Source: Eledone cirrhosa | Taxonomy: Eukaryota | DNA: 64,000 nucleotides | Assembly: GCA_964016885.1 (NCBI GenBank) | Contig: OZ024749.1 | Location: 18,848,001 to 18,912,000 of the forward strand | Direction of reading: 5' to 3' | In this document: positions 1-13,970 of the stretch, one piece after another | Layout: every line of letters starts with the position of its first letter | Position numbering within the stretch: the stretch's first letter is position 1 | Made by a program: the position numbers and the translations under genes | The notes under the pieces: model-generated | Told to the model about the DNA's origin: nothing | The model's input: only the letters and a program-made list of their open reading frames with translations | Databases searched by the model: none

Positions 1-3000
1 GTGATGGTAGTGATGGTAGTGATGGCAGTGATGGTAGTGATGACAGTGATGGTAGTGATGACAGTGATGGCAGTGATGGTAGTGATGACAGTGATGACAG
101 TGATGGTAGTGATGGTAGTGATGGCAGTGATGACAGTGATGACAGTGATGGTAGTGATGGTAGTGATGACAGTGATGACAGTGATGGCAGTGATGACAGT
201 GATGACAGTGATGGTAGTGATGACAGTGATGGCAGTGATGGTAGTGATGACAGTGATGGTAGTGATGACAGTGATGACAGTGATGGAAGTGATGACAGTG
301 ATGGCAGTGATGACAGTGATGGTAGTGATGACAGTGATGGTAGTGATGACAGTGAAGGTAGTGATGGTAGTGATGACAGTGATGACAGTGATGACAGTGA
401 TGGTAGTGATGGTAGTGATGGCAGTGATGGTAGTGATGACAGTGATGACAGTGATGGCAGTGATGATAGTGATGGTAGTGATGACAGTGATGACAGTGAT
501 GGTATTGAAGGTAGTGATGGTACTGATGACAGTGATGGCAGTGATGACAGTGATGGTAGTGATGGCAGTGATGACAGTGATGACAGTGATGGCAGTGATG
601 ATAGTGATGGTAGTGATGGCAGTGATGGTAGTGATGACAGTGATGACAGTGATGACAGTGATGGCAGTGATGACAGTGATGGCAGTGATGGCAGTGATGG
701 TAGTGATGACAGTGATGGCAGTGATGACAGTGATGGTAGTGATGGCAGTGATGGTAGTGATGACAGTGATGGTAGTGATGGCAGTGATGGTAGGGATGAC
801 AGTGATGGTAGTGATGGCAGTGATGACAGTGATGGTAGTGATGGCAGTGATGGTAGTGATGACAGTGATGGTCGTGATGACAGTGATCGTAGTGATGACA
901 GTGATGACAGTGATGGTAGTGATGACAGTGATGACAGTGATGGTAATGATGACAGCGATGACAGTGATGACAGTGATGGCAGTGATGACAGTGATGGTAG
1001 TGATGACAGTGATGACAGTGATGGCAGTGATGACAGTGATGGTAGTGATGACAGTGATGGCAGTGATGACAGTGATGGTAGTGATGACAGTGATGGTAGT
1101 GATGACAGTGATGACAGTGATGGCAGTGATGACAGTGATGGTAGTGATGACAGTGATGACAGTGATGGCAGTGATGACAGTGATGGTAGTGATGACAGTG
1201 ATGACAGTGATGGTAGTGATGACAGTGGTGACAGTGATGACAGTGATGGTAGTGAGGACAGTGATGGTAGTGATGGCAGTGATGACAGTGATGGTAGTGA
1301 TGGCAGTGATGATAGTGATGGCAGTGATGGTAGTGATGACATTGATGACAGTGATGACAGTGATGGTAGTGATGACAGTGATGACAGTGATGGTAGTGAT
1401 GACAGTGATGACAGTGATGGCAGTGATGACAGTGATGGTAGTGATGACAGTGATTACAGTGATGGCAGTGATGACAGTGATGGTAGTGATGACAGTGATG
1501 TTAGTGATGACAGTGATGGTAGTGATGACAGTGATGACAGTGATGACAGTGATGGTAGTGATGACATTTATGACAGTGATGGCAGTGATGGAAGTGATGG
1601 TAGTGATGACAGTGATGGCAGTGATGGCAGTGATGACAGTGATGACAGTGATGGTAGTGATGACAGTGATGACAGTGATGGTAGTGATGGCAGTGATGAC
1701 AGTGATGGTAGTGATGACAGTGATGACAGTGATGACAGTGATGAGAGTGATGACAGTGATGGTAGTGATGACAGTGATGGTAGTGATGACAGTGATGACA
1801 GTGATGACAGTGATGGCAGTGATGGCAGTGATGACAGTGATGGTAGTGATGACAGTGATGGTAGTGATGACAGTGATGGTAGTGATGACAGTGATGGCAG
1901 TGATGGAAGTGATGGTAGTGATGACAGTGATGACAGTGATGGCAGTGATGACAGTGATGGTAGTGATGACAGTGATGGCAGTGATGGCAGTGATGACAGT
2001 GATGGTAGTGATGGTAGTGATGACAGTGATGGTAGTGATGACATTGATGGTAGTGATGGTACTGATGACAGTGATGTTAGTGATGACAGTGATGACAGTG
2101 ATGACAGTGATGGTAGTGATGACAGTGATGGTAGTGATGACAGTGATGACAGTGATGGCAGTGATGACAGTGATGGTAGTGATGACAGTGATGACAGTGA
2201 TGGCAGTGATGACAGTGATGGTAGTGATGACAGTGATGGCAGTGATGACAGTGATGGTAGTGATGGTACTGATGACAGTGATGGTACTGATGACAGTGAT
2301 GTTAGTGATGACAGTGATGACAGTGATGACAGTGATGGTAGTGATGACAGTGATGACAGTGATGGTAGTGATGACAGTGATGGTAGTGATGACATTGATG
2401 ACAGTGACGGTAGTGATGACAGTGATGACAGTGATGGTAGTGATGGTAGTGATGGTACTGATGACAGTGATGGCAGTGATGACAGTGATGGTACTGATGA
2501 CAGTGATGGCAGTGATGACAGTGATGGTAGTGATGACAGTGATGGCAGTGATGACAGTGATGGTAGTGATGGTACTGATGACAGTGATGTTAGTGATGAC
2601 AGTGATGACAGTGATGACAGTGATGGTAGTGATGACAGTGATGACAGTGATGGTAGTGATGACAGTGATGACAGTGATGGTAGTGATGACAGTGATGGTA
2701 GTGATGACAGTGATGGTAGTGATGACAGTGATGACAGTGATGACAGTGATGGTAGTGATGACAGTGATGGTAGTGATGGCAGTGATGGTAGTGATGACAG
2801 TGATGACAGTGATGGTAGTGATGATAGTGATGGTAGTGATGACAGTGATGACAGTGATGGTAGTGATGACAGTGATGGCAGTGATGACAGTGATGACAGT
2901 GATGACAGTGATGGTAGTGATGGCAGTGATGGCAGTGATGACAGTGATGGTAGTGATGACAGTGATGGTAGTGATGACAGTGATGACAGTGATGACAGTG

Positions 3001-6000
3001 ATGGTAGTGATGACAGTGATGGTAGTGATGGCAGTGATGGTAGTTATGACAGTGATGACAGTGATGGTAGTGATGACAGTGATGACAGTGATGGTAGTGA
3101 TGACAGTGATGGCAGTGATGGTAGTGATGACAGTGATGACAGTGATGACAGTGATGGTAGTGATGGTAGTGATGGCAGTGATGACAGTGATGGTAGTAAT
3201 GACAGTGATGGTAGTGATGACAGTGATGGTAGTGATGGTAGTGATGACAGTGATGACAGTGATGACAGTGATGGCAGTGATGACAGTGATGGTAGTGATG
3301 ACAGTGATGGCAGTGATGGTAGTGATGGTAGTGATGACAGTGATGACAGTGATGGTAGTGATGGTAGTGATGGTAATGATGACAGTGATGGCAGTGATGA
3401 CAGTGATGGTAGTGATGACAGTGATGGTAGTGATGACAGTGATGGTAGTGATGACAGTGATGACAGTGATGACAGTGATGGTAGTGATGGTAGTGATGGC
3501 AGTGATGGTAGTGATGACAGTGATGACAGTGATGGCAGTGATGACAGTGATGGTGGTGAAGGTAGTGATGGTACTGATGACAGTGATGTTAGTGATGACA
3601 GTGATGACAGTGATGACAGTGATGGTAGTGATGACAGTGATGACAGTGATGGTAGTGATGACAGTGATGGTAGTGATGACATTGATGACAGTGACGGTAG
3701 TGATGACAGTGATGGCAGTGATGACAGTGATGACAGTGATGGTAGTGATGGTAGTGATGGTACTGATGACAGTGATGGCAGTGATGACAGTGATGGTAGT
3801 GATGACAGTGATGGCAGTGATGACAGTGATGGTAGTGATGGTACTGATGACAGTGATGTTAGTGATGACAGTGATGACAGTGATGACAGTGATGGTAGTG
3901 ATGACAGTGATGACAGTGATGACAGTGATGGTAGTGATGACAGTGATGACAGTGATGGTAGTGATGACAGTGATGGTAGTGATGACAGTGATGGTAGTGA
4001 TGACAGTGATGACAGTGATGACAGTGATGGTAGTGATGACAGTGATGGTAGTGATGGCAGTGATGGTAGTGATGACAGTGATGACAGTGATGGTAGTGAT
4101 GACAGTGATGGTAGTGATGACAGTGATGACAGTGATGGTAGTGATGACAGTGATGGCAGTGATGGTAGTGATGACAGTGATGACAGTGATGACAGTGATG
4201 GTAGTGATGGCAGTGATGGCAGTGATGACAGTGATGGTAGTGATGACAGTGATGGTAGTGATGACAGTGATGACAGTGATGACAGTGATGGTAGTGATGA
4301 CAGTGATGGTAGTGATGGCAGTGATGGTAGTGATGACAGTGATGACAGTGATGGTAGTGATGACAGTGATGGTAGTGATGACAGTGATGACAGTGATGGT
4401 AGTGATGACAGTGATGGCAGTTTTGGTAGTGATGACAGTGATGACAGTGATGGTAGTGATGGTAGTGATGGCAGTGATGACAGTGATGGTAGTAATGACA
4501 GTGATGGTAGTGATGACAGTGATGGTAGTGATGGTAGTGATGACAGTGATGACAGTGATGGCAGTGATGACAGTGATGGTAGTGATGACAGTGATGGCAG
4601 TGATGGTAGTGATGACAGTGATGGTAGTGATGACAGTGATGACAGTGATGGTAGTGATGGTAGTGATGGTAATGATGACAGTGATGGCAGTGATGACAGT
4701 GATGGTAGTGATGACAGTGATGGTAGTGATGACAGTGATGGTAGTGATGGTAGTGATGACAGTGATGACAGTGATGACAGTGATGGTAGTGATGGCAGTG
4801 ATGGTAGTGATGACAGTGATGACAGTGATGACAGTGATGGTGGTGAAGGTAGTGATGGCAGTGATGACAGTGATGACAGTGATGGTAGTGATGGTACTGA
4901 TGACAGTGATGGCAGTGATGACAGTGATGACAGTGATGGTAGTGATGGCAGTGATGACAGTGATGGCAGTGATGGCAGTGATGACAGTGATGGCAATGAT
5001 GGTAGAGATGGTAGTGATGACAGTGATGGCAGTGATGACAGTGATGGTAGTGATGGTAGTGATGACAGTGATGGTAGTGATGGCAGTGATGGTAGTGATG
5101 ACAGTGATGGTAGTGATGACAGTGATGGTAGTGATGACAGTGATGGTAGTGATGACAGTGATGGTAGTGATGGCAGTGATGACAGTGATGACAGTGATGG
5201 CAGTGATGGTAGTGATGACAGTGATGGTAGTGATGACAGTGATGGTAGTGATGACAGTGATGACAGTGATGGTAATGATGACAGTGATGACAGTGATGAC
5301 AGTGATGGCAGTGATGGTAGTGATGACAGTGATGGTAGTGATGACAGTGATGACAGTGATGACAGTGATGGTAGTGATGACAGTGATGACAGTGATGACA
5401 GTGATGACAGTGATGGTAGTGATGACAGTGATGGTAGTGATGACAGTGATGACAGTGATGGTAATGATGACAGTGATGACAGTGATGACAGTGATGGCAG
5501 TGATGACAGTGATGGATGACAGTGATGGTAGTGATGACAGTGATGACAGTGATGGCAGTGATGACAGTGATGGTAGTGATGACAGTGATGACAGTGATGG
5601 CAGTGATGACAGTGATGGTAGTGATGACAGTGATGACAGTGATGACAGTGATGGTAGTGATGACAGTGATGACAGTGATGGTAGTGATGACAGTGGTGAC
5701 AGTGATGACAGTGATGACAGTGATGGTAGTGAGGACAGTGATGGTAGTGATGGTAGTGATGGCAGTGATGACAGTGATGGTAGTGATGGCAGTGATGACA
5801 GTGATGATAGTGATGGCAGTGATGGTAGTGATGACATTGATGACAGTGATGACAGTGATGACAGTGATGACAGTGATGGTAGTGATGACAGTGATGACAG
5901 TGATGGCAGTGATGACAGTGATGGTAGTGATGACAGTGATTACAGTGATGACAGTGATGGCAGTGATGACAGTGATGGTAGTGATGACAGTGATGGCAGT

Positions 6001-6700
6001 GATGACAGTGATGACAGTGATGACAGTGATGGTAGTGATGACATTGATGACAGTGATGGCAGTGATGGCAGTGATGACAGTGATGACAGTGATGGTAGTG
6101 ATGACAGTGATGACAGTGATGACAGTGATGAGAGTGATGACAGTGATGGTAGTGATGACAGTGATGGTAGTGATGACATTGATGACAGTGATGACAGTGA
6201 TGACTGTGATGACAGTGATGGTAGTGATGACAGTGATGACAGTGATGGTAGTGATGACAGTGATCGCAGTGATGACAGTGATGGTAGTGATGACAGTGAT
6301 GGCAGTGATGACAGTGATGGTAGTGATGACAGTGATGTTAGTGATGACAGTGATGGTAGTGATGACAGTGATGGCAGTGATGACAGTGATGGTAGTGATG
6401 ACAGTGATGTTAGTGATGACAGTGATGACAGTGATGACAGTGATGACAGTGATGGTAGTGATGACATTTATGACAGTGATGGCAGTGATGGTAGTGATGA
6501 CAGTGATGGCAGTGATGACAGTGATGACAGTGATGACAGTGATGGTAGTGATGACAGTGATGACAGTGATGGTAGTGATGGCAGTGATGACAGTGATGGT
6601 AGTGATGACAGTGATGACAGTGATGACAGTGATGAGAGTGATGACAGTGATGGTAGTGATGACAGTGATGGTAGTGATGACAGTGATGACAGTGATGACA
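1..6700. repeat. Dispersed long-range copy of ~28600-37700 (offset ~28.6 kb, then ~31.0 kb after the 2.34-kb duplication)
   Basis: ATTGAA 504/29091 and ATTTAT 1566/30153 (both +28587). After the duplication: ATTTAT 1566/32491, GGCAATGATGGTAGAGAT 4992/36007, 5-nt deletion 5514/36565, CGC unit 6265/37325, ATTTAT 6466/37490. Marker order is collinear. Confidence 0.8.
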
Positions 6701-9700
6701 GTGATGGTAGTGATGACAGTGATGACAGTGATGGCAGTGATGACAGTGATGGTAGTGATGACAGTGATGGTAGTGATGACAGTGATGGTAGTGATGACAG
6801 TGATGGCAGTGATGGAAGTGATGGTAGTGATGACAGTGATGACAGTGATGGCAGTGATGACAGTGATGGTAGTGATGATAGTGATGACAGTGATGGCAGT
6901 GATGACAGTGATGACAGTGATGACAGTGATGGTAGTGATGACATTGATGACAGTGATGACAGTGATGGTAGTGATGGCAGTGATGACAGTGATGACAGTG
7001 ATGGTAGTGATGACAGTGATGACAGTGATGACAGTGATGAGAGTGATGACAGTGATGGTAGTGATGACAGTGATGACAGTGATGGTAGTGATGACAGTGA
7101 TGGTAGTGATGACAGTGATGGTAGTGATGACAGTGATGGCAGTGATGGAAGTGATGGTAGTGATGACAGTGATGACAGTGATGGCAGTGATGACAGTGAT
7201 GGTAGTGATGGTAGTGATGACAGTGATGGTAGTGATGACAGTGATGGCAGTGATGGAAGTGATGGTAGTGATGACAGTGATGACATTGATGGCAGTGATG
7301 ACAGTGATGGTAGTGATGACAGTGATGGTAGTGATGACAGTGATGGCAGTGATGACAGTGATGTTAGTGATGACAGTGATGGTAGTGATGACAGTGATGG
7401 CAGTGATGACAGTGATGGTAGTGATGACAGTGATGGTAGTGATGACAGTGATGGCAGTGATGGTAGTGATGGTATTGATGACAGTGATGGTAGTGATGAC
7501 AGTGATGACAGTGATGACACTGATGACAGTGATGGCAGTGATGACAGTGATGGCAGTGATGACAGTGATGGCAGTGATGACAGTGATGACAGTGATGGTA
7601 GTGATGACAGTGATGACAGTGATGGTAGTGATGACAGTGATGGCAGTGATGACAGTGATGGTAGTGATGACAGTGATGGTAGTGATGACAGTGATGGCAG
7701 TGATGGTAGTGATGACAGTGATGAGTGATGACAGTGATGACAGTGATGGCAGTGATGGCAGTGATGGTAGTGATGACAGTGATGACAGTGATGGTAGTGA
7801 TGACAGTGATTGTAGTGATGACAGTGATGGCAGTGATGACAGCGATGACAGCGATAGTAGCGATGACAGTGATGACAGTGATGGTAGTGATGGCAGTGAT
7901 GACAGTGATGGTAGTGATGGTAGTGATGGTAATGATGACAGTGATGACATTGATGACAGTGATGGCAGTGATGGTAGTGATGACAGTGATGGCAGTGATG
8001 GCAGTGATGACAGTGATGAGAGTGATGGCAGTGATGGCAGTGATGACAGTGATGGTAGTGATGACAGTGATGAGTGATGACAGTGATGGCAGTGATGGCA
8101 GTGATGGTAGTGATGACAGTGATGGTAGTGATGACAGTGATGGCAGTGATGAGTGATGACAGTGATGACAGTGATGGTAGTGATGACAGTGATGGTAGTG
8201 ATGACAGTGATGGTAGTGATGGCAGTGATGACAGTGATGGTAGTGATGACAGTGATGGTAGTGATGACAGTGATGGCAGTGATGACAGTGATGGTAGTGA
8301 TGACAGTGATGGTAGTGATGACAGTGATGGCAGTGATGACAGTGATGGCAGTGATGACAGTGATGACAGTGATGGCAGTGATGGTAGTGATGATAGTGAT
8401 GGCAGTGATGGTAGTGATGACAGTGATGACAGTGATGGCAGTGATGACAGTGATGGCAGTGATGGTAGTGATGGTACTGATGACAGTGATGGTAGTGATG
8501 GTAGTGATGACAGTGATGGTAGTGATGGCAGTGATGGTAGTGATGAGAGTGATGACAGTGATGACAGTGATGACAGTGATGGTAGTGATGACAGAGATGG
8601 TAGTGATGACAGTGATGGCAGTGATGGCAGTGATGACAGTGATGGTAGTGATGGTAGTGATGACAGTGATTACAGTGATGGCAGTGATGACAGTGATGGT
8701 AGTGATGACAGTGATGGCAGTGATGGCAGTGATGACAGTGATTACAGTGATGGCAGTGATAGCAGTGATGGCAGTGATGGCAGTAATGGCAGTGATGACA
8801 GTGATGTCAGTGATGGTAGTGATGACAGTGATGGCAGTGATGGCAGTGATGACAGTGATGGTAGTGATGGTAGTGATGGTACTGATGACAGTGATGGCAG
8901 TGATGACAGTGATGGTAGTGATGACAGTGATGGCAGTGATGACAGTGATGGTAGTGATGACAGTGATGACAGTGATGGCAGTGATGACAGTAATGACAGT
9001 GATGGCAGTGATGGCAGTGATGACAGTAATGGTAGTGATGACAGTGATGGTAGTGATGACATTGATGACAGTGATGACAGTGATGGTAGTGATGACAGTG
9101 ATGACAGTGATGGCAGTGATGGCAGTGATGACAGTGATGACAGTGATGGCAGTGATGGCAGTGATGACAGTGATGGTAGTGATGACAGTGATGTTAGTGA
9201 TGACAGTGATGACAGTGATGGTAGTGATGACAGTGATGACAGTGATGGCAGTGATGACAGTGATGGTAGTGATGACAGTGATGGTAGTGATGACATTGAT
9301 GACAGTGACGGTAGTGATGACAGTGATGGCAGTGATGACAGTGATGACAGTGATGACAGTGATGGTAGTGATGGTACTGATGACAGTGATGTTAGTGATG
9401 ACAGTGATGACAGTGATGACAGTGATGGTAGTGATGACAGTGATGACAGTGATGGCAGTGATGGCAGTGATGACAGTGATGGTAGTGATGACAGTGATGG
9501 TAGTGATGGTAGTGATGGCAGTGATGGTAGTGATGACAGTGATGGTAGTGATGGCAGTGATGGTAGTGATGACAGTGATGGTAGTGATGACAGTGATGGC
9601 AGTGATGGTAGTGATGACAGTGATGACAGTGATGGTAGTGATGGTAGTGATGGCAGTGATGACAGTGATGACAGTGATGGTAGTGATGACAGTGATGGTA

Positions 9701-12700
9701 GTGATGGTAGTGATGACAGTGATGACAGTGATGGCAGTGATGACAGTGATGACAGTGATGGTAGTGATGACAGTGATGGCAGTGATGGTAGTGATGACAG
9801 TGATGGTAGTGATGACAGTGATGACAGTGATGGTAGTGATGGTAGTGATGGAAGTGATGACAGTGATGGTAGTGAGGACAGTGATGGTAGTGATGGTAGT
9901 GATGGCAGTGATGACAGTGATGGTAGTGATGGCAGTGATGACAGTGATGATAGTGATGGCAGTGATGGTAGTGATGACATTGATGACAGTGATGACAGTG
10001 ATGACAGTGATGACAGTGATGACAGTGATGGTAGTGATGACAGTGATGACAGTGATGGTAGTGATGACAGTGATGACAGTGATGACAGTGATGGTAGTGA
10101 TGACAGTGATTACAGTGATGACAGTGATGGCAGTGATGACAGTGATGGTAGTGATGACAGTGATGGTAGTGATGATAGTGATGACAGTGATGGCAGTGAT
10201 GACAGTGATGACAGTGATGACAGTGATGGTAGTGATGACATTGATGACAGTGATGGTAGTGATGGCAGTGATGACAGTGATGACAGTGATGGTAGTGATG
10301 ACAGTGATGACAGTGATGACAGTGATGAGAGTGATGACAGTGATGGTAGTGATGACAGTGATGGTAGTGATGACATTGATGACAGTGATGACAGTGATGA
10401 CTGTGATGACAGTGATGGTAGTGATGACAGTGATGACAGTGATGGTAGTGATGACAGTGATGACAGTGATCGCAGTGATGACAGTGATGGTAGTGATGAC
10501 AGTGATTACAGTGATGACAGTGATGGCAGTGATGACAGTGATGGTAGTGATGACAGTGATGTTAGTGATGACAGTGATGGTAGTGATGACAGTGATGACA
10601 GTGATGACAGTGATGACAGTGATGGTAGTGATGACATTTATGACAGTGATGGCAGTGATGGAAGTGATGGTAGTGATGACAGTGATGGCAGTGATGGCAG
10701 TGATGACAGTGATGACAGTGATGGTAGTGATGACAGTGATGACAGTGATGGTAGTGATGGCAGTGATGACAGTGATGACAGTGATGGTAGTGATGACAGT
10801 GATGACAGTGATGACAGTGATGAGAGTGATGACAGTGATGGTAGTGATGACAGTGATGGTAGTGATGACAGTGATGACAGTGATGACAGTGATGGTAGTG
10901 ATGACAGTGATGACAGTGATGGCAGTGATGACAGTGATGGTAGTGATGACAGTGATGGTAGTGATGACAGTGATGGTAGTGATGACAGTGATGGCAGTGA
11001 TGGAAGTGATGGTAGTGATGACAGTGATGACAGTGATGACAGTGATGGTAGTGATGATAGTGATGACAGTGATGACAGTGATGGCAGTGATGACAGTGAT
11101 GACAGTGATGACAGTGATGGTAGTGATGACATTGATGACAGTGATGACAGTGATGGTAGTGATGGCAGTGATGACAGTGATGACAGTGATGGTAGTGATG
11201 ACAGTGATGACAGTGATGACAGTGATGAGAGTGATGACAGTGATGGTAGTGATGACAGTGATGACAGTGATGGTAGTGATGACAGTGATGGTAGTGATGA
11301 CAGTGATGGTAGTGATGACAGTGATGGCAGTGATGGAAGTGATGGTAGTGATGACAGTGATGACAGTGATGGCAGTGATGACAGTGATGGTAGTGATGGT
11401 AGTGATGACAGTGATGGTAGTGATGACAGTGATGGCAGTGATGGAAGTGATGGTAGTGATGACAGTGATGACATTGATGGCAGTGATGACAGTGATGGTA
11501 GTGATGACAGTGATGGTAGTGATGACAGTGATGGCAGTGATGACAGTGATGACAGTGATGGTAGTGATGACAGTGATGGCAGTGATGACAGTGATGGTAG
11601 TGATGACAGTGATGGTAGTGATGACAGTGATGGCAGTGATGGTAGTGATGGTATTGATGACAGTGATGGTAGTGATGACAGTGATGACAGTGATGACAGT
11701 GATGGCAGTGATGACAGTGATGGCAGTGATGACAGTGATGGCAGTGATGACAGTGATGACAGTGATGGTAGTGATGACAGTGATGACAGTGATGGTAGTG
11801 ATGACAGTGATGGCAGTGATGACAGTGATGGTAGTGATGACAGTGATGGTAGTGATGACAGTGATGGCAGTGATGGTAGTGATGACAGTGATGAGTGATG
11901 ACAGTGATGACAGTGATGGCAGTGATGGCAGTGATGGTAGTGATGACAGTGATGACAGTGATGGTAGTGATGACAGTGATTGTAGTGATGACAGTGATGG
12001 CAGTGATGACAGCGATGACAGCGATAGTAGCGATGACAGTGATGACAGTGATGGTAGTGATGGCAGTGATGACAGTGATGGTAGTGATGGTAGTGATGGT
12101 AATGATGACAGTGATGACATTGATGACAGTGATGGCAGTGATGGTAGTGATGACAGTGATGGCAGTGATGGCAGTGATGACAGTGATGAGAGTGATGGCA
12201 GTGATGGCAGTGATGACAGTGATGGTAGTGATGACAGTGATGAGTGATGACAGTGATGGCAGTGATGGCAGTGATGGTAGTGATGACAGTGATGACAGTG
12301 ATGGTAGTGATGACAGTGATGGCAGTGATGAGTGATGACAGTGATGACAGTGATGGTAGTGATGACAGTGATGGTAGTGATGACAGTGATGGTAGTGATG
12401 GCAGTGATGACAGTGATGGTAGTGATGACAGTGATGGTAGTGATGACAGTGATGGCAGTGATGACAGTGATGGTAGTGATGACAGTGATGGTAGTGATGA
12501 CAGTGATGGCAGTGATGACAGTGATGGCAGTGATGACAGTGATGACAGTGATGGTAGTGATGATAGTGATGGCAGTGATGGTAGTGATGACAGTGATGAC
12601 AGTGATGGCAGTGATGACAGTGATGGCAGTGATGGTAGTGATGGTACTGATGACAGTGATGGTAGTGATGACAGTGATGGTAGTGATGACAGTGATGGTA

Positions 12701-13970
12701 GTGATGGCAGTGATGGTAGTGATGAGAGTGATGACAGTGATGACAGTGATGGTAGTGATGACAGAGATGGTAGTGATGACAGTGATGGCAGTGATGGCAG
12801 TGATGACAGTGATGACAGTGATGGTAGTGATGGTAGTGATTACAGTGATGGCAGTGATGACAGTGATGGTAGTGATGACAGTGATGGCAGTGATGGCAGT
12901 GATGACAGTGATTACAGTGATGGCAGTGATGGCAGTGATGGCAGTGATGGCAGTAATGGCAGTGATGACAGTGATGTCAGTGATGGTAGTGATGACAGTG
13001 ATGGCAGTGATGGCAGTGATGACAGTGATGGTAGTGATGGTAGTGATGGTAGTGATGGTACTGATGACAGTGATGGCAGTGATGACAGTGATGGTAGTGA
13101 TGACAGTGATGGCAGTGATGACAGTGATGGTAGTGATGACAGCGATGACAGTGATGGCAGTGATGGCAGTGATGACAGTGATGACAGTGATGGTAGTGAT
13201 GACAGTGATGACAGTGATGGCAGTGATGGCAGTGATGACAGTGATGACAGTGATGGCAGTGATGGCAGTGATGACAGTGATGGTAGTGATGACAGTGATG
13301 TTAGTGATGACAGTGATGACAGTGATGGTAGTGATGACAGTGATGACAGTGATGGCAGTGATGGCAGTGATGACAGTGATGGTAGTGATGACAGTGATGG
13401 TAGTGATGACATTGATGACAGTGACGGTAGTGATGACAGTGATGGCAGTGATGACAGTGATGACAGTGATGGTAGTGATGGTACTGATGACAGTGATGTT
13501 AGTGATGACAGTGATGACAGTGATGACAGTGATGGTAGTGATGACAGTGATGACAGTGATGGCAGTGATGGCAGTGATGACAGTGATGGTAGTGATGACA
13601 GTGATGGTAGTGATGGTAGTGATGGCAGTGATGGTAGTGATGACAGTGATGGTAGTGATGGCAGTGATGGTAGTGATGACAGTGATGGTAGTGATGACAG
13701 TGATGGCAGTGATGGTAGTGATGACAGTGATGACAGTGATGGTAGTGATGGTAGTGATGGCAGTGATGATAGTGATGACAGTGATGGTAGTGATGACAGT
13801 GATGGTAGTGATGGTAGTGATGACAGTGATGACAGTGATGGCAGTGATGACAGTGATGACAGTGATGGTAGTGATGACAGTGATGGCAGTGATGGTAGTG
13901 ATGACAGTGATGGTAGTGATGACAGTGATGACAGTGATGGTAGTGATGGTAGTGATGGAAGTGATGACAG
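5720..13970. repeat. Tandem higher-order duplication, period ~4.17 kb (copies ~5720-9865 and ~9866-13970)
   Basis: Rare markers recur at +4170: ATTTAT 6466/10636, AGCGATGACAGCGATAGTAGCGAT 7841/12011, GTC unit 8806/12976, 2-nt deletions 7725/11895 and 8074/12244. Boundaries are approximate. Confidence 0.9.

Noticed and set aside
2040-2600. Box C/D snoRNA motifs (RTGATGA in AC units, CTGA in ACT variants)
   Set aside because: The matches are inherent to the monomer, and there are no terminal stems or antisense guide elements.
7841-7867. DSPP/phosphophoryn exon call
   Set aside because: DSPP is dominated by DSS triplets with AGC codons over a few kb. Here the repeat is SDD/SDG over at least 64 kb with many frameshifts, and only this short patch resembles it.
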